64,000 nt of DNA from positions 11,225 through 75,224 of the forward strand of contig DATKQS010000024.1 in assembly GCA_035532555.1 (NCBI GenBank), given 5' to 3'. The position numbers were made by a program, and so were the translations under genes. How positions within the stretch are numbered: the first letter of the stretch is position 1; each line of letters opens with the position of its first letter. The stretch comes from Thermoplasmata archaeon (GTDB taxonomy: Archaea; Thermoplasmatota; Thermoplasmata; Lutacidiplasmatales; UBA184). Shown here piece by piece: positions 46,325-56,715 of this stretch. The notes under the pieces were generated by a model, which was given only the letters and a program-made list of their open reading frames with translations, was not told the origin of the DNA and ran no database searches.

Positions 46325-47299
46325 ATGGAGCTTCGTCGGATTCTCGGCGGCGATCGGGAGGCCTCCATCCTCGGCCTCTCGCTCGACTCGATCTGGACGT
46401 CCATCCACCCCGCCGAACCCGCGGCACGCCGGCTCGTGTCCATCGCCCAGGAAGGGGGCGCTCGACTCTTCGACACGGCCGACTCGCTCCATCCGAAGCG
46501 TACGGAGGCGATGCTCGACCGCGTCGATCGATTCGAACCGGGCACGCTGTGGATGCTTGAGCGATCTCCTTCGGCGCTTGGAGTCGATCCGGCATCGCGG
46601 CGCTTCGACCGCGGCGATGCCGGGATCGAAGCTCGCCTCCGAAGGTCCTTGGCGGAGATCCCCACCCGGCCCGACCTGGCCCGCTGGGTCCAATGGCGCG
46701 GGAGCGCCTCCCATCCGGAATGGGAGGACGAGGCCACCGCGTGCCTCCGGGAGCTCCAACGGGCCGGGGAGATCGCAGGGTGGAGCCTGCGTCGGTCCGC
46801 GGTGGCTGAGTCGACCGCAGTTCCTGCGGGAGTGGCGCTGAGCGGGGAGATCTCGCTGTTGGACCGAACGTGGGCCGGCATTCTTCGGACGACCGAACGA
46901 ACCGCCTCGTTCTTTGCACGGGACCCAATGGCCGCGGGTCGTCTCGATGGAACGAGATGGGATCGCTCCCTCAGTGCGACGGGAGGCCGGAGCGTGCCCG
47001 CTCCATTGAGGCGCTGGCAGGAGGAGGTGGCGCCGGTCCTTGAATTCGGATTCCTCACCGATGGACATCGCCGGACCCTGGCGCAGGCGGCGCTTCAGTA
47101 CGTCGCGGGCCTACCGGGCGTCGCATCGATCCTTGTCCCGCTCCCGCCGGCGGAACGACTCGCGGAATTCCTCGCGTTCGCGAACGCACCCGGCCTCTCC
47201 GAACCGGAGAGCGATCGTATCTCCCGGTCGATGGAGTTGGGGCCGGAGGCGCCCGGAGCGGGTCGTCTTGAGCGCGTGGGATCTTCGAGTGAGCCATGA
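46325..47299 (+). CDS. Aldo/keto reductase family oxidoreductase
   Basis: MELRRILGGDREASILGLSLDSIW... is an AKR-like N-terminus. ATG 46325. The 5' part of the ORF from 45701 is antisense to rfcL. Confidence 0.5.
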   Translation: MELRRILGGDREASILGLSLDSIWTSIHPAEPAARRLVSIAQEGGARLFDTADSLHPKRTEAMLDRVDRFEPGTLWMLERSPSALGVDPASRRFDRGDAGIEARLRRSLAEIPTRPDLARWVQWRGSASHPEWEDEATACLRELQRAGEIAGWSLRRSAVAESTAVPAGVALSGEISLLDRTWAGILRTTERTASFFARDPMAAGRLDGTRWDRSLSATGGRSVPAPLRRWQEEVAPVLEFGFLTDGHRRTLAQAALQYVAGLPGVASILVPLPPAERLAEFLAFANAPGLSEPESDRISRSMELGPEAPGAGRLERVGSSSEP

Positions 47300-47751
47300 G
47301 CCCGACGATCCCGATAGGTGCGACGGCCCCGGAGTTTGCCGCGCCTCGCCAAGACGGGAGCCTGCTCCGGCTTTCCGAGTACCGTGGCCGCCCGGTGATC
47401 CTGTACTTCTTTCCGAGGGCCGGGACCCCCGGGTGCACCCGGGAGGCCGAGGGGTTTGCCGAACGGTACCGCGAGCTCCAGGCGAAGGGGGTCGAGGTGG
47501 TGGGAATCAGCACGGATCCGGTGGAACGGCAGGCCCGCTTTGCCGCCGATTGCCGGGTCCCCTTCCCGCTCCTCTCCGACGCCGACCACGCCGTCGCCCG
47601 TTCGTACGGAGTGCTCGGGCTCCTCGGACTCTCGAAGCGAGTTACCTTCGTCCTCAGCGCGGACGGGGTTGTCGTCGACGTGATCTCTGGCCTCCTGCCG
47701 GGCCCCCACGTCCGCGGCGCGATCGACCGGTTCCTGACCTCCCCGGTGTAG
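47296..47751 (+). CDS. bcp: Peroxiredoxin, Bcp type (AhpC/TSA family)
   Basis: PVILYFFPRAGTPGCTREAEGF is the peroxidatic Cys motif. ATGA overlap with the upstream gene. Confidence 0.85.
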   Translation: MSPTIPIGATAPEFAAPRQDGSLLRLSEYRGRPVILYFFPRAGTPGCTREAEGFAERYRELQAKGVEVVGISTDPVERQARFAADCRVPFPLLSDADHAVARSYGVLGLLGLSKRVTFVLSADGVVVDVISGLLPGPHVRGAIDRFLTSPV

Positions 47752-47778
47752 GTCGATCCCACGCGGGGTCGGATCGCG

Positions 47779-47982
47779 TTACTCGTTCTCGTAGTCGAAG
47801 TAGATCCGCACCGTCGCGTGGTACTCCGCGACCTTCTGTCCCTCGATCCGGCCCTCGAACTCGGTGGCGCGGAACCACTTCAGGTTCCGGACGCTCTTCG
47901 CGGTGGTTTCCACCGCATTCTCGACCGCTTTCGCAAACGACTCCTTCGACGTGCCGACGACCTCGGTGATCTTCTGGACCAT
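47779..47982 (-). CDS. Dodecin-family flavin-binding protein
   Basis: 67 aa (MVQKITEVVGTSKESFAKAVENAVETTAKSVRNLKWFRATEFEGRIEGQKV..YHATVRIYF) with dodecin length and pattern. Confidence 0.75.
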   Translation of the reverse strand: MVQKITEVVGTSKESFAKAVENAVETTAKSVRNLKWFRATEFEGRIEGQKVAEYHATVRIYFDYENE

Positions 47983-48157
47983 GGGAGAACCTCGCCGAGG
48001 GAAAGGTACGCCCCGCGCATAATCGTCGCGAGGGGGCCACCCGTCCTGGCCGCGCTCGACCGACGGACCGGAACGGTCACAGTGTGATTTGGCGCAGTTG
48101 CTTCGTCACGGCAACCATTATCCGCCCCGCATCCCGACGGGCCTCGAGGCGTGCATG

Positions 48158-48964
48158 TCCGACTTCCTGACCTTCTTCGTCCTCACGGCGGTCATGGGAC
48201 TCTCGATTTTCATCTCGTTGCCGCTCGTCATGAGCCGACGGATCCCGGTCGCCTGGATCGTGATGTTCAGCGCGGTCGCGATCGGCATCCTGATCTTCCT
48301 GATCGCCGACATCTTCTCCGACGTCGCCTCGGTCAATGTTGGAAGCGCTCAGTACCTGACGAACCCGACACTGGACGCGCTGTTCGTGGGCGGAGTCGCT
48401 CTCGCGTACGTGATCCTCTACTTCATCGATAATCGGGCGCCCGCGCTCGCCAAGGCGGAGGGTCAAGAGTCCTCGCTCGGCGACTTCAATCCGAGCCGAG
48501 TGGCGCTGATCATCGCGATCGGGATGGGATTCCAGAACCTCACCGAGGGCCTGGTCTTCGGCTTCAACTGGGTCGCGGGCAACGTCAGCCTCCTCGGGGT
48601 CATCTTCGTCGGATTCTTCGTCCAGAACATCACCGAAGGCTTCCCGATCGGAGCGCCGTTCATGGGACGGACGGAACGCCCGCGCGGCCGGATCGTGGCG
48701 TACTTCATGATCGGCGGTCTCACGACGATCCTCGGCGGAGTGGTGGGCTACCTGCTCGGCACGAACCCGGGAGCGTACTACACGCAGATCCTGGTCTTCT
48801 TCGACGCGATCGCGATCGGAGCCCTCGTCTACGTCATCTTGCCGATGATCCGGGTCGCGTTCCGCAAGGAAGGCACCACCACGGCCCACTTCTCGAAGCA
48901 GCGCCTGGTCTACTTCGGGGTCCTGGCCGGATTCCTTCTCGGATTCGTGGTGAACTCGTTCTAG
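48158..48964 (+). CDS. ZIP-family divalent metal (zinc) transporter
   Basis: 8 TM; ...FQNLTEGLVFGF... and ...FVQNITEGFPIGAPF... are ZIP signature HNxxEG-like motifs. Confidence 0.7.
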   Translation, partial: SDFLTFFVLTAVMGLSIFISLPLVMSRRIPVAWIVMFSAVAIGILIFLIADIFSDVASVNVGSAQYLTNPTLDALFVGGVALAYVILYFIDNRAPALAKAEGQESSLGDFNPSRVALIIAIGMGFQNLTEGLVFGFNWVAGNVSLLGVIFVGFFVQNITEGFPIGAPFMGRTERPRGRIVAYFMIGGLTTILGGVVGYLLGTNPGAYYTQILVFFDAIAIGALVYVILPMIRVAFRKEGTTTAHFSKQRLVYFGVLAGFLLGFVVNSF

Positions 48965-49006
48965 ACGGAGCGGAGGTGGGCCCCCAACGCGACGGGCGGA
49001 GCGGCG

Positions 49007-49567
49007 CTACGGCTCTGCGAGTTCGCTGGATGCGTCGGCCGGAAGACCGAGGGTCGTGAGGATGTCCTCGTGCGATCGGCCGAACTCGGAAGGTGCCGCC
49101 TTCGCAAGATCGACCAGGCGCAGCCTCTTCCACGGATGCAGCGACGGGAGTCGGGAGGAGGCGAGGCGGCCCCGATAGATGAACTGGAGATCCCAGTGCT
49201 TGGTGTGCTGGGAGCGGGGCACGTAGAACTGGGAGTCCAGGATCGGCGGATCCCACGTGGCGGAGAGGTTTCCCAGCTGCTCGCGCAGGATCCGGGTCGC
49301 GGCGTGATTGGGACCCTCGCCGAAGAGTAGATGCGAGGCCGGCAGGACCCAGCGACCCTCGTTGAGTTCGACCTCCTCTCGAGCGAGGCCCGCGAAGTGG
49401 TCCCACGGCGCCTCGGGGTTCATCTGTCCCACCAGCACCTGCTTCGGGTCCCCGGGGGGACTGAAGATCAGGAACGCCGACAGGCAGATGTCCTCGGAAG
49501 GGAGCTCGTGGATGCTGAACGGTGCGTCGCTGCGCGTGAACCGGCAGAAGATCCGGTCGGTCGCCAT
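49007..49567 (-). CDS. Hypothetical protein, possible NUDIX-like fold
   Basis: GEGPNHAATRILREQLG loosely resembles a Nudix box. Start at MATDRIF. Confidence 0.35.
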   Translation of the reverse strand: MATDRIFCRFTRSDAPFSIHELPSEDICLSAFLIFSPPGDPKQVLVGQMNPEAPWDHFAGLAREEVELNEGRWVLPASHLLFGEGPNHAATRILREQLGNLSATWDPPILDSQFYVPRSQHTKHWDLQFIYRGRLASSRLPSLHPWKRLRLVDLAKAAPSEFGRSHEDILTTLGLPADASSELAEP

Positions 49568-50056
49568 CGCCGGGCCGAGCTTCGTGTGGTTGTAACGGTT
49601 CGGGTGAGGCTCGGGCCAGACACCCCCGTTTCCCGTCCCCTGTTCTCTGCCCGACAACCCGCGATGAGCTGGGCGAGGTGGTGGGCTGAGGGCGGTCGGA
49701 TCTGGAGAACCTCGGATCGCTCGGGGTGGATGGGTCGGCCGGGGCCAGCGCGCCAGGAGGTATGGAGGTCGACTCGCTCATCTTGCTGGAGCGGCCGGAT
49801 GCCCGCCGATCGTTCCCGTGGTCCGTGGATTGAGGGGAGAGGTCGGAACCCTTCCCGCTCTCCTCCTGCTGCGGACGACACTCCACGGGCCGGTCGACGC
49901 AACGAGCCGCTTCGTTCGGAGTCGCGTCTTCGTCGCCAGCAGCACCGGCAGCGGAATCCTCCTCGCCCCCATCTCCGTGCGCCCCCTTGTCGAGTGCTCT
50001 GGCACGGCTTCGGGGCCTGAAGGGGATCGATCGCGCGACCCGCCCTCGCACGCGCG

Positions 50057-50129
50057 AGCCGCCGGAGAGGATTGAACTCCCGACCTGCTGATTACAAATC
50101 AGCCGCTCTACCAACTGAGCTACGGCGGC
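50057..50129 (-). tRNA. tRNA-Thr (anticodon TGT), 73 nt, no encoded CCA
   Basis: Reverse complement: GCCGCCG-TA-GCTC-AGTTGGTAGAGC-G-GCTGA-TTTGTAA-TCAGC-AGGTC-GGGAG-TTCAATC-CTCTC-CGGCGGC-T. The acceptor stem (7 bp), D, anticodon and T arms all pair. Confidence 0.85.
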
Positions 50130-50190
50130 ACCGGGTTGGGGATGCTGTCTCGGGGACTTAAATCAGGTCGCGCCCCCCCGTCGCCGCTTT

Positions 50191-51897
50191 ATGGCGCCTC
50201 CGGTGGTAGCCGGTGTGGCTTCGAACGACCCCGCGCACCACAACATCCACGCCCCACGGGGCCCGGACCTTTCCTGCAAGGGCTGGAGCCAGGAGGCCGC
50301 CCTGCGCCTGCTGATGAATAATCTCGATCCCGAGGTCGCTCGGGATCCGGATCATCTCATCGTGTACGGGGGGCGCGGCAAGGCCGCGCGGAATTGGGAG
50401 GCGTACGATCGGATCGTCGCGGCGCTTCGCACGCTCGGGAACGACGAGACGCTCCTCGTGCAGTCGGGCAAGCCCGTCGGGATCTTTCCGACGCACCCCG
50501 CCGCACCGCGCGTGCTGATATCGAACGCGATGATCGTGCCCCGCTGGGCGACCGACGAGATCTTCTGGGACCTCGAGGCGAGGGGCCTGACCATGTACGG
50601 CCAGATGACGGCCGGCAGCTGGGTGTACATCGGCACGCAGGGGATCCTGCAGGGCACGTACGAGACGCTCGCATCGCTGAGCCGAGTCGAGTTCCAAGCA
50701 CCGGACCTCACCGGACACTGGATGCTCTCGAGTGGCCTCGGAGAGATGGGAGGAGCCCAGCCGCTGGCCGTGACGATGCTGGGCGGCGTCGCCCTCATCG
50801 TGGACGTCGATCCCCGCGCGATCGATCGCCGGCTCCGGCTGAAGTACCTCGATGTGCAGGCCCCCTCGCTCGACGAAGCGCTGGCGCTCGTCCACGACGC
50901 GGTCGAGGGTCGTCGGCCCCTCTCCGTCGGTCTTCAGGCGAACGCGGCGGACGTGTACCCGGAGATCGTGCGCAAGGGGATCGTGCCCCACGTGGTCAGC
51001 GATCAGACGGCGGCCCACGATCTGCGGGTGGGCTACATCCCGCAGGGGCTGACGGTGGAGGAAGCGGCCCGCGCTCGTGTCGACGACCCTGCGGCCTACC
51101 TCGTCCGGGTCCGCGCTTCGCTCGCCATGGAGGCCCGGGCCATCCTCGCGATGCAACGGCAGGGGGCGAAGACGTTCGACTACGGCAATAACTTCCGGAC
51201 CCAGGCGAAGGAGTCCGGGGTACCGGATGCGTTCGAGATTCCCGGATACGTACCGAAGTACATCCGGCCGCTGTTCGCCGTCGGGAGCGGGCCGTTCCGC
51301 TGGATCGCGCTCAGCGGCGATCCCGAGGACATCCGCCAAATCGACCGGATGATCTTGGACGAGTTCCGGGAGAACGAGCCGCTCTGCCGATGGATCCGGC
51401 TTGCCGGGGAGAAGGTACGCTTCCAGGGACTCCCCGCCCGGATCTGTTACATGGGCTACGGGGAGCGGGAGCGCTTCGGACATCTCGTCAACGCGCTCGT
51501 GCGCGACCACGACCTCGTCGCGCCGATCGCCATCGGACGCGACCACCACGATACGGGGAGCGTCGCGAGCCCGTTCCGAGAGACCGAGGCGATGCGGGAC
51601 GGCTCGGACGCGATCGCCGACTGGCCGATCCTCAACGCCCTCCTGAACGTCGCGAGCGGGGCGAGCTGGGTCTCGGTCCATCACGGCGGAGGCGTCGGGA
51701 TCGGGAACTCGATCCACGCGGGCCTCGTGATCGTGGCCGACGGAACGGCGGAGGCCGACGAGCGGATCCGCCGGGCGTTGCACAACGATCCCGGGATCGG
51801 AGTCGCGCGCCACGCCGATGCGGGATATCCAGAGTCGCGCGCGCTGTTGGCCTCCGCCCGGTTCCGGGTGCCGGGCGAGCCACCGGCGCCGCCGTAG
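50191..51897 (+). CDS. hutU: Urocanate hydratase
   Basis: 568 aa. ...[22 protein letters not shown]...[15 protein letters not shown]...[25 protein letters not shown]... are diagnostic urocanase blocks. Confidence 0.85.
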   Translation: MAPPVVAGVASNDPAHHNIHAPRGPDLSCKGWSQEAALRLLMNNLDPEVARDPDHLIVYGGRGKAARNWEAYDRIVAALRTLGNDETLLVQSGKPVGIFPTHPAAPRVLISNAMIVPRWATDEIFWDLEARGLTMYGQMTAGSWVYIGTQGILQGTYETLASLSRVEFQAPDLTGHWMLSSGLGEMGGAQPLAVTMLGGVALIVDVDPRAIDRRLRLKYLDVQAPSLDEALALVHDAVEGRRPLSVGLQANAADVYPEIVRKGIVPHVVSDQTAAHDLRVGYIPQGLTVEEAARARVDDPAAYLVRVRASLAMEARAILAMQRQGAKTFDYGNNFRTQAKESGVPDAFEIPGYVPKYIRPLFAVGSGPFRWIALSGDPEDIRQIDRMILDEFRENEPLCRWIRLAGEKVRFQGLPARICYMGYGERERFGHLVNALVRDHDLVAPIAIGRDHHDTGSVASPFRETEAMRDGSDAIADWPILNALLNVASGASWVSVHHGGGVGIGNSIHAGLVIVADGTAEADERIRRALHNDPGIGVARHADAGYPESRALLASARFRVPGEPPAPP

Positions 51898-51940
51898 CGG
51901 CGCGCGCCGCGCTTTAGTACGCACTCGCCTTCGAACGGCC

Positions 51941-53044
51941 ATGTCCCCGGATTCTGCACAACCCGATCTGCTCGCCCGAAGAGTCCTGTCCCAGAGGATC
52001 CAACTCCGCCCGAAGGAGACGGTCACGATCGAGGCGTGGCCCACCGCCTTGCCTTGGGCCAATGCGTTCGTGCGGCAAGCTCGTCGGATCGGCGCGAAGC
52101 CGATCCTGCTCTACGACGACGAGGCGTCCTACTGGAAGGAGGTGCTCTCGGGCGGGGCGCCGGGCCTCGGTCGACCCGGGGCCCACGAGTGGGCCGTACT
52201 CGAGCACTCCGACGTCTACATCTACTTCTGGGGACCGGAGGACCGAAGCCGGATGCGCGCGTTGCCGGACGCGACCCAGGAGGCGCTGACGGCGTTCAAT
52301 GCGCGCTGGTACGAGGTTGCGACGAAGGCCGGTCTGCGTGGCCTTCGCATGGAAATCGCCCGCGCCACCGAGGCCAATGCGCGATACTACGGGGTCAATC
52401 TGGGCCGGTGGGAGCGAGAGCTCGTTACGGCCAGTATGCGGAATCCGGCGGAGTTCGATCGGCCCAGCGCCCGACTCCGGCGCGCCCTGGAGCACGGAAC
52501 GATCGTACGGATCCGGCATCCCAACGGGACCGACCTATCCCTCGCGCTCGCGGACCGGGAGGCGAGGAGCTTCCTCGGGCGGGTGACCCGGGAGACCATG
52601 AAACGCCGGTTCGGCATGCTCGCGAGCGTGCCGACCGCGGCGGTGGTGGTCTCGGTGGATGAATCAACGGCCGAGGGAACGATCGTTTCGGATCGGGAGA
52701 ACTACCTCCCCTCCGGCCCGGTGGTGAAGGGCGCCTGGAAATTCTCGGACGGACGCCTACGGTCCGCTCGCTACGCATCCGGAGGGGCCCGGTTCCGTGG
52801 GCCCTACGCCATGGGTGGCGATGGAAAGGATCGGCCGGCATTCCTCGAGATCGGACTCGACCCGGCGCTCCGTGTCTCGCCGGAGCTCGAGGATAGCGAA
52901 CTGGGCGCGATCACCGTCGGCATCGGCGCCAACGCCGGTTACGGGGGCAAGAGCAAGTCGAGTTTCAGTAGCTGGCTGACCGTACGAGGCGCGGAGCTGT
53001 CGATCGACGGAACGGTCGTGGTCAAGGGCGGGCGGGTCCGCTAG
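51941..53044 (+). CDS. Aminopeptidase, M29 (aminopeptidase T/S) family-like
   Basis: Start at MSPDSAQ (ATG 51941). Length and the N-terminal ...RIQLRPKETVTIEAWPTALPWANAFVRQARRIGAKPILLYDDE pattern fit M29. Assignment is tentative. Confidence 0.45.
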   Translation: MSPDSAQPDLLARRVLSQRIQLRPKETVTIEAWPTALPWANAFVRQARRIGAKPILLYDDEASYWKEVLSGGAPGLGRPGAHEWAVLEHSDVYIYFWGPEDRSRMRALPDATQEALTAFNARWYEVATKAGLRGLRMEIARATEANARYYGVNLGRWERELVTASMRNPAEFDRPSARLRRALEHGTIVRIRHPNGTDLSLALADREARSFLGRVTRETMKRRFGMLASVPTAAVVVSVDESTAEGTIVSDRENYLPSGPVVKGAWKFSDGRLRSARYASGGARFRGPYAMGGDGKDRPAFLEIGLDPALRVSPELEDSELGAITVGIGANAGYGGKSKSSFSSWLTVRGAELSIDGTVVVKGGRVR

Positions 53045-53063
53045 GCCGGCCCGGGGACCGGGA

Positions 53064-53519
53064 TCAGGGCGAACGCACCCGATCGCGGGCCCGCGCAACG
53101 ACCGTTCGGTCGGTCTCGTAGGTGACGGTGCTCACGGCCTCTTCCGGCGCGAGCCATGCGTGTCGGTCGAAGATCGGCTCGAGCCGAACCGACCGCGTGG
53201 GGGTGTAGGCGAGGAAGTAGATCGCCGTCTTGAGCACGTTCGAACCCTCGCGCGGCCGATAGAAGCGGTACGCGATCTCGCCAATCTCCTCTCGGAGGTC
53301 CACCGAATCGATGCCGGTCTCTTCGACGATCTCCCGACGCGCGGCCTGCGCTAAGGACTCTCCCGGGTCGACGTGGCCCTTCGGGAGACACCAACGGTCC
53401 TCGTCCGCGAGGTGGATCAGCAGGAACTCACCGCTCGGTTCGTGGACCACGACCGCACCCGCGGAGAGTTCCGGCACGATCGGCGCGTCGGCTCGAAAGG
53501 GGAGGGTTCCCGATTTCAC
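53064..53519 (-). CDS. NUDIX hydrolase
   Basis: Nudix box GHVDPGESLAQAARREIVEETGI. Confidence 0.8.
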   Translation of the reverse strand: MKSGTLPFRADAPIVPELSAGAVVVHEPSGEFLLIHLADEDRWCLPKGHVDPGESLAQAARREIVEETGIDSVDLREEIGEIAYRFYRPREGSNVLKTAIYFLAYTPTRSVRLEPIFDRHAWLAPEEAVSTVTYETDRTVVARARDRVRSP

Positions 53520-53614
53520 GGGGGCCCCGATGGACCCTCGGCTCTTAGCCCCTCCACCGGAAGCGGAATCCCGCCGATGAACGCTTATGGGGCCGTACGC
53601 CTCCGCCTCGCCGG

Positions 53615-55207
53615 ATGCTCGGCCCCGAGGAGGAATATCACGACCTCGCGACGCTCGTGGTCGCGAAGGCCGCGAAGAACGAGGAGAAGGTCGCGGTACG
53701 CTTCGGCAACAAGACCCTCTCCTATCGCGATCTCGATCGCGAGAGTCGGCGAGTGGCCTCCGGCCTCCAGGCCGCGGGAATCGGGCACGGAGATCGGGTC
53801 GCCGCGTTCCTGTTCAACGGCCCAGAGTTCCTCTCGCTCTGGTTCGGGCTCTCCCGCCTCGGGGCCGTCCTGGTTCCGCTGAACACGGCCCTCAAGGGAG
53901 AGATCCTCCGCTACGAGCTCGATGATGCCGCCCCGAAGGCGATCGTCGTTGACGTTCGGCTCTGGCCCACCTACGCCGCGGTCCGTGGTCCGAGCCCTAT
54001 CCCGAGGGAATGGATCCTCACGCCGGGGACTTCGGTCGATGCGCTCCCACCGGACGTCGCGAACTTTGCATCGTTGCCGAGCGACGCGCCGCTCGGTCCC
54101 GTGGACCCTCCGCAGCCGTGGGAGGCCGCGGCGATCATGTACACGAGTGGCACGACCGGGCCTCCCAAGGGAGTCCTCGTGCCGCACGAGGGCTACCTCG
54201 TTACTTCGGCCGAGATCGGGCGAAGAAGCCGCCTTCACGACGGCGCGGTGCTGTTCACGGGGCTCCCCCTGTTCCACTGCAACGCCCAGGAGATGACGAC
54301 CCTCGCCGCGATGCTCAACGATCTCACGGCCGCCTTCGAGGAGCGGTTCCACGCGAGCACCTACTGGGAGACCGCCGCCGCGATGGGAGCGACCCACGTT
54401 TCGCTGTTGATCTCGATGATCAACGTGCTGTACAAGCAGCCCGAGAAGCCGACCGATCGCCATCACACCGTGCGCGTCGCCCTCACCGCCGGAACGACGA
54501 AGCAGATCTGGCCGGAGTTCGAGAAGCGCTTCGGCCTGACCGTGATCGAGCTCTACGGGATGACCGAGTGCGGGTGCACGACGCTCATGAATCCCCCGAA
54601 CGCGATCCGGGTCGGCTCGATCGGAACTCCCCTCGACTTCGTCGAGGCCGAGGTGGTGGACGAGCAGGATCGCCCCGTGCCGAACGGAGAGCGGGGCGAG
54701 CTGATCGTTCGGCCCCGACGACCGTTCACGATGTTCCTCGGCTATCTCAACAAATCCGAACAGACCGTCGACGCCTGGAGGAACCTGTGGTTCCACACGG
54801 GGGACTACGTGACGCGCGACGCGGACGGGTACTACTACTTCGTCGACCGTAAGAAGGATGTCATCCGCCGCCGCGGGGAGAACATCGCGCCGTATGACGT
54901 GGAGACTGCGATCAACCACCACCCCGCCGTCTTCGAGTCCGTCGTGGTGGCCGTCCCCTCCCCGCTCGGAGAGGACGACGTGAAGGCGTTCGTGCAGCTC
55001 AAGCCCGGCGCGACGGTGGACCCCAAGGCGCTGTTCGAGTTCGCGAGCGAGCGCCTTCCGTTCTTCATGGTGCCGAAGTACATCGAGTTCCTGGACGAGA
55101 TCCCCAAGACGGCCAATCAGAAGGCCCAGCGCTACCTCCTCCGGGGACGGCGCGGAGGTCAGGAGTACGACCGAGACACCCTCGACGTCGTCCTCCGCAA
55201 GCCGTAG
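53615..55207 (+). CDS. AMP-dependent acyl-CoA synthetase/ligase
   Basis: MYTSGTTGPPKGV AMP-binding motif, ...WFHTGD..., and length ~530 aa. Confidence 0.85.
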   Translation: MLGPEEEYHDLATLVVAKAAKNEEKVAVRFGNKTLSYRDLDRESRRVASGLQAAGIGHGDRVAAFLFNGPEFLSLWFGLSRLGAVLVPLNTALKGEILRYELDDAAPKAIVVDVRLWPTYAAVRGPSPIPREWILTPGTSVDALPPDVANFASLPSDAPLGPVDPPQPWEAAAIMYTSGTTGPPKGVLVPHEGYLVTSAEIGRRSRLHDGAVLFTGLPLFHCNAQEMTTLAAMLNDLTAAFEERFHASTYWETAAAMGATHVSLLISMINVLYKQPEKPTDRHHTVRVALTAGTTKQIWPEFEKRFGLTVIELYGMTECGCTTLMNPPNAIRVGSIGTPLDFVEAEVVDEQDRPVPNGERGELIVRPRRPFTMFLGYLNKSEQTVDAWRNLWFHTGDYVTRDADGYYYFVDRKKDVIRRRGENIAPYDVETAINHHPAVFESVVVAVPSPLGEDDVKAFVQLKPGATVDPKALFEFASERLPFFMVPKYIEFLDEIPKTANQKAQRYLLRGRRGGQEYDRDTLDVVLRKP

Positions 55208-55253
55208 CGTCGATCGGGGCCCCCCGATCGTCCTCCTCGACGCCAACGCGCTC

Positions 55254-55610
55254 GTGCTGTGCGCCCGGGCTACCTTCCCTCTCGAAGCCGAGATCGAGCG
55301 CCTCGTGGGACCGACACGGATCGCGGTGCCGGCCTCCGTCCTCCGCGAGCTCGACGGCCTCCTCCAGCGAGGGACCCCGGAGGCGGGGCTCGCCCGGGCC
55401 CTGGCCGGGCGGTTTGCCTCGATCGATTCCCCCGGAAGCGGCGACGACGCGATCTTGGAACTCGCCGTCGAGCGTCACGCCTTCGTGGTGACCTCGGATC
55501 GAGATCTGTCCGATCGACTCGTGAACGCCGGGCTCGACGTTCTCATGCCGAGGGACCGGGACCGGCTTGTCCGCCGGGCCGGCCGATCGCGACCCGCCGG
55601 TAACGGTTAA
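55254..55610 (+). CDS. PIN-like domain protein (start uncertain)
   Basis: ...ILELAVERHAFVVTSDRDLSDRL is PIN-like. A canonical N-terminal motif (IVLLDANAL) lies in-frame upstream of the first GTG at 55254, with no ATG/GTG/TTG before it. Confidence 0.35.
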   Translation: MLCARATFPLEAEIERLVGPTRIAVPASVLRELDGLLQRGTPEAGLARALAGRFASIDSPGSGDDAILELAVERHAFVVTSDRDLSDRLVNAGLDVLMPRDRDRLVRRAGRSRPAGNG

Positions 55611-55658
55611 GACTCGTACCCCGCTCGCCGGGATGGAGCGCGTGGGTGGGATAGGGCG

Positions 55659-56708
55659 ATGCGAGACGACGACAAGCTGTTGGACCTTCCGGACGCGGAG
55701 TTCGGGAGCGGCGTCATCGGGGTCTGCGACGTCTGCGGCACCCGCCAGGCCGTGATCGTCCTGCAGAAGGAGCGCTTCAAGCTCTGCGTCATCGATTTTC
55801 TCAACAAAACCTGGCGGAAGAGCACGAACGCCCCCGGCGCTCCGCTCCCCCCGTACCGCAGCGAACGGATCTGGTTTCCGAGCAAGGCGGTCCCGGGCGG
55901 GAGCGCACCGGCCATCGTGCTGACTCCGACCAAGCCGGTCCGCCACCCCGCCGTCCTCATCACTCCCGACGTCTACGGCCTGACGACCACGGTCCTGGAC
56001 GCGGCGATCCGGTTCGCACGAGAAGGATTCGAGGTCCTGCTGCCCGACCTGACGAAGAGCGCGGGGTTCGGCGCGTCGCTCCACTTCGCGCTCCGCGGAG
56101 ACGTACGGTTCCGTGGAGGGGTCGCGATCCGGTCCGAGCGGGTCGCGACGGTCCTCGAGCTCTACACCGACGCGCTCGATACCCTTCGAGCCCGCGACAT
56201 GGTGGACCCGGCTCGCACGGCGCTCTTCGGGACGAGCTACGGAGCGAGCCTCGCGCTCGCCCTCGCCGCTCAAGATCCCAAGCTCGCCGCCGTGGCGCTC
56301 GCCTATCCGGTGGGCACGAATCCTCCGGACCTCGCCAAGCTCGTCACCGTGCCGATCCTCTGCATCTCGGGGGACCGGGATCGCCTCGCCCAGAAGGCCC
56401 GGGCCCAGCTCGACCACGCTCGGATGGAGACCCGCAGCGCCTTCGAGTTCGTGGATCTGCCCGGCGCGCGGCACGACTTCCTCTCTCGGGATTCCTCCCA
56501 TTACGATGTCGCGACCGCCGAAGAGGGTTGGACCCGCATCATCGGGTTCCTCCGTCGGCAGCTCTTGCCTCCGCCCCCGAAGCCGCCGTCGGTGCCGAGC
56601 AAACCGGCCGCGCCCGCTGCGGCCTCCCCGGCTGTGCGTCCCGCGGCAGCCGCGGCGACCTCGGCCGCCCCCGTCGCGACCGCCCCGCCGCCTCCGGCGC
56701 CGAGTTGA
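55659..56708 (+). CDS. Dienelactone-hydrolase-family alpha/beta hydrolase with N-terminal Cys motif and Pro/Ala-rich tail
   Basis: ...LITPDVYGLTTTVLDAAIRFAREGFEVLLPDL...LFGTSYGASLA...ISGDRD... shows the DLH architecture. Confidence 0.6.
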   Translation: MRDDDKLLDLPDAEFGSGVIGVCDVCGTRQAVIVLQKERFKLCVIDFLNKTWRKSTNAPGAPLPPYRSERIWFPSKAVPGGSAPAIVLTPTKPVRHPAVLITPDVYGLTTTVLDAAIRFAREGFEVLLPDLTKSAGFGASLHFALRGDVRFRGGVAIRSERVATVLELYTDALDTLRARDMVDPARTALFGTSYGASLALALAAQDPKLAAVALAYPVGTNPPDLAKLVTVPILCISGDRDRLAQKARAQLDHARMETRSAFEFVDLPGARHDFLSRDSSHYDVATAEEGWTRIIGFLRRQLLPPPPKPPSVPSKPAAPAAASPAVRPAAAAATSAAPVATAPPPPAPS

Positions 56709-56715
56709 CCCTTCC

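Noticed and set aside
48834-50114. 426-aa minus-strand ORF spanning the tRNA-Thr gene
   Set aside because: Arg/Pro/Gly-rich low-complexity translation. It overlaps a well-folded tRNA and the NUDIX-like gene. A typical high-GC open-frame artefact.
50158-52062. 634-aa ORF antisense to hutU, and similar long antisense ORFs (53585..55246 opposite acyl-CoA synthetase; 45548..47068 and 45701..46320 around rfcL; 37956..39008; 38020..39051; 42614..43357; 50394..51191)
   Set aside because: Each lies opposite a gene with a clear family signature. Their translations are Arg/Gly/Asp/Pro-rich with no motifs. Absence of stop codons is expected at ~68% GC.
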